64,000 nt of DNA from the human T2T-CHM13v2.0 reference genome, Homo sapiens. Positions 60,501-64,000 of the stretch are shown here, in pieces; the first letter of the stretch is position 1; each line of letters starts with the position of its first letter. The stretch is taken from assembly GCF_009914755.1 (NCBI RefSeq), contig NC_060925.1; one strand, 5' to 3'. The notes beneath the pieces are model-generated. The model had not been told where the DNA came from and ran no database searches. It saw only the letters and a program-made list of their open reading frames with translations. The position numbers and the translations under genes were made by a program.

Positions 60501-61120
60501 ATCGAATGGAAATGAAAGGAGTCATCATCTAATGGAATTGCATGGAATCATCATAAAATGGAATCGAATGGAATCAACATCAAATGGAATCAAATGGAAT
60601 CATTGAACGGAATTGAATGGAATCGTCATCGAATGAATTGAATGCAATCATCGAATGGTCTCGAATGGAATCATCTTCAAATGGAATGGAATGGAATCAT
60701 CGCATAGAATCGAATGGAATTATCATCGAATGGAATCGAATGGAATCAACATCAAACGGAAAAAAACGGAATTATCGAATGGAATCGAAGAGAATCATCG
60801 AATGGACCCGAATGGAATCATCTAATGGAATGGAATGGAATAATCCATGGACTCGAATGCAATCATCATCGAATGGAATCGAATGGAATCATCGAATGGA
60901 CTCGAATGGAATAATCATTGAACGGAATCGAATGGAATCATCATCGGATGGAAATGAATGGAATCATCATCGAATGGAATCGAATAGAATTATGGAATGA
61001 AATCCAGTGTGATCATCATCGAATGGACCCGAATGGAATCATCATCCAACGGAAGCTAATGGAATCAACATCGAATGAATCAAATGGAAACACCATCGAA
61101 TTGAAACGAATGGAATTACC

Positions 61121-62428
61121 ATGAAATTGAAATGGATGGACTCATCATCGAATGGATTCGAATGGAATCATCGAATAAAATTGATTGAAATCATCATCGA
61201 ATGGAATCGAATGGTATCATTGAATGGAATCGAATGGAATCATCATCAGATGGAAATGAATGGAATCGTCATAGAATGGAATCGAATGGATTAATTGAAT
61301 GGAATCAGATGGAATCATCGAATGGACTGGAATGGAATCATTGAATGGACTCGAAAGGGATCATTATTGAATGGAATTGAATGGAATCATCGAATGGTCT
61401 CGATTGGAATCATTATCAAATGGAATCGAATGGAATCACCGAATAGAATCGAGTGGAACAATCATCGAATGGACACAAATGGAATTATCCTCAAATGGAA
61501 TCGAATGGAATTATCGAATGCAATCGAATGGAATTATCGAATGCAATCGAATAGAATCATCGAATGGACTCGAATGGAATCATCGAATGGAATGGAATGG
61601 AACAGTCAATGAACTCGAATGGAATCATCATTGAATGGAATCGAATGGAATCATCGAGTGGAATCGAATGTAATCATCATCAAATGGAATCAAAAATAAC
61701 CATCATCAAATGGAATCAAAAATAACCATCATCAATTGGTAGTGAATGGAATTCTCATCAAATGGAATTCAATGGAATCATCATCAAATGGAACCGAATG
61801 GAATCCTCATTGAATGGAAATGAAAGGGGTTATCATCTAATGGAATCGCATGGAATCATCATAAAATGGAATCGAATGGAATCAACATCAAATGGAATCA
61901 AATGGAATCATTGAACGGAATTGAATGGAATCGTCATCGAATGAATTGAATGCAATCATCGAATGGTCTCGAATGGAATCATCTTCAAATGGAATGGAAT
62001 GGAATCAGCACATAGAATCGAATGGAATTATCATCGAATGGAATTGAATGGAATCAACATCAAACGGAAAAAAACGGAATTATCGAATGCAATCGAAGAG
62101 AATCATCGAATGGACCCGAATGGAATCATCTAATGGAATGGAATGGAATAATCCATGGACTCGAATGCAATCATCATCGAATGGAATCGAATGGAATCAT
62201 CGAATGGACTCGAATGGAATAATCATTGAACGGAATCGAATGGAATCATCATCGGATGGAAACGAATGGAATCATCATCGAATGGAATCAAATAGAATTA
62301 TGGAATGAAATCCAGTGTGATCATCATCGAATGGACCCGAAAGGAATCATCATCCAACGGATGCTAATGGAATCAACATCGAATGAATCAAATGGAAACA
62401 CCATCGAATTGAAACGAATGGAATTACC
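61121..62428 (+). repeat. Short variant unit, 1308 bp
   Basis: Landmark spacing 61121 to 62429. Confidence 0.9.
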
Positions 62429-64000
62429 ATGAAATTGAAATGGATGGACTCATCATCAAATGGATTCGAATGGATTCATCAAATAAAATTGATTGAAATC
62501 ATCATCGAATGGAATCGAATGGTATCATTGAATGGAATCGAATGGAATCATCATCAGATGGAAATGAATGGAATCGTCATAGAATGGAATCGAATGGATT
62601 CATTGAATGGAATCAGATGGAATCATTGAATGGACTGGAATGGAATCATTGAATGGACTCGAAAGGGATCATTATTGAATGGAATTGAATGGAATCATCG
62701 AATGGTCTCGATTGGAATCATTATCAAATGGAATCGAATGGAATCACCGAATAGAATCGAATGGAACAATCATCGAATGGACTCAAATGGAATTATCCTC
62801 CAATGGAATCGAATGGAATTATCGAATGCAATCGAATGGAATTATCGAATGCAATCGAATAGAATCATCGAATGGACTCGAATGGAATCATCGAATGGAA
62901 TGGAATGGAACAGTCAATGAACTCGAATGGAATCATCATTGAATGGAATCGAATGGAATCATCGAGTGGAATCGAAAGGAATTATGACCAAATGGAATCG
63001 AATGTAATCATCATCAAATGGAATCAAAAATAACCATCATCAATTGGTATTGAATGGAATTGTCATCAAATGGAATTCAAAGGAATCATCATCAAATGGA
63101 ACCGAATGGAATCCTCATTGAATGGAAATGAAAGGGGTCATCATCTAATGGAATCGCATGGAATCATCATCAAATGGAATCGAATGGAATCATCATCAAA
63201 TGGAATCAAATGGAATCATTGAACAGAATTGAATGGAACGGTCATCGAATGAGTTGAATGCAATCATCGAATGGTCTCGAATGGAATCATCTTCTAATGG
63301 AAAGGAATGGAATCATCGCATAGAATCGAATGGAATTATCATCGAATGGAATCGAATGGTATCAACACCAAACGGAAAAAAACGGAATTATCGAATGGAA
63401 TCGAAGAGAATCTTCGAACGGACCCGAATGGAATCATCTAATGGAATGGAATGGAATAATCCATGGACTCGAATGCAATCATCATCGAATGGAATCGAAT
63501 GGAATCATCGAATGGACTCGAATGGAATAATCATTGAACGGAATCGAATGGAATCATCATCGGATGGAAACGAATGGAATCATCATCGAATGGAAATGAA
63601 AGGAGTCATCATCTAATGGAATTGCATGGAATCACCATAAAATGGAATCGAATGGAATCAACATCAAATGGAATCAAATGGAATCATTGAACGGAATTGA
63701 ATGGAATCGTCATCGAATGAATTGAATGCAATCATCGAATGGTCTCGAATGGAATCATCTTCAAATGGAATGGAATGGAATCATCGCATAGAATCGAATG
63801 GAATTATCATCGAATGGAATCGAATGGAATCAACATCAAACGGAAAAAAACGGAATTATCGAATGGAATCGAAGAGAATCATCGAATGGACCCGAATGGA
63901 ATCATCTAATGGAATGGAATGGAATAATCCATGGACTCGAATGCAATCATCATCGAATGGAATCGAATGGAATCATCGAATGGACTCGAATGGAATAATC

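Larger units (their letters stand above)
1..64000 (+). repeat. Human Satellite 2 (HSat2/HSATII) pericentromeric array, HSat2A-type 1.77-kb unit (probably chr1q12), ~36 units, one orientation
   Basis: Every line consists of diverged GAATG pentamers with the HSat2-diagnostic TCGAATG (reverse complement CATTCGA) and ATCATC words, not pure (GGAAT)n. The landmark ATGAAATTGAAATGGATGG recurs at 332, 2108, 3884, 5660, 7436 ... 62429 (36 times), mostly 1776 bp apart. Confidence 0.97.

Noticed and set aside
23-63998. Several hundred short + strand ORFs (MESSSNG/IEWN-rich, 60-163 aa)
   Set aside because: They are translations of GAATGGAATC words. They overlap in several frames, repeat with the unit, have no recognisable domain, and stops come and go with single variants. 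ATG is part of the repeat word.
1-64000. CRISPR-like or other repeat-spacer array
   Set aside because: There are no unique spacers, leader or cas-like genes; the intervening sequence is itself the repeat.
1-64000. HSat3 (GGAAT)n or telomeric repeat
   Set aside because: Pure GGAAT runs are only about three copies long and TCGAATG/ATCATC words dominate, which is HSat2. No TTAGGG arrays are present.
1-64000. Inversion breakpoint or L1/Alu insertion
   Set aside because: I saw no switch to CATTC on + and no non-satellite sequence. All landmark spacings are explained by satellite-internal indels.

Overview
The whole 64 kb window is one uninterrupted, single-orientation tandem array of human-type classical Satellite 2 (HSat2/HSATII), with the GAATG-rich strand on +. 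It is built from 10/13/16-bp words (GAATGGAATC, GAATGGAATCATC, GAATGGAATCATCATC) organised into a 1776-bp unit that carries one EcoRI site and an internal 468-bp tandem duplication. This matches the ~1.77-kb HSat2A repeat (pUC1.77/D1Z1 type) best known from chr1q12; the chromosome assignment is from family knowledge, not an alignment. About 36 units are present. I see no genes, RNA genes, transposons, CRISPR arrays or inversions, and all listed ORFs are satellite artefacts. I found no new protein-based system. The real signal is structural: units with 1, 2 or 3 copies of the internal block (1308/1776/2218-2244 bp), multi-unit duplications (2, 4 and 5 units), an alternating dimer, a second sequence lineage forming a three-unit cassette, a ~10%-divergent patch near 24.3 kb, a length-neutral 26-bp deletion+duplication, and variant-dependent DUX4-type motifs. 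Variants were read by eye, so counts and boundaries are approximate.
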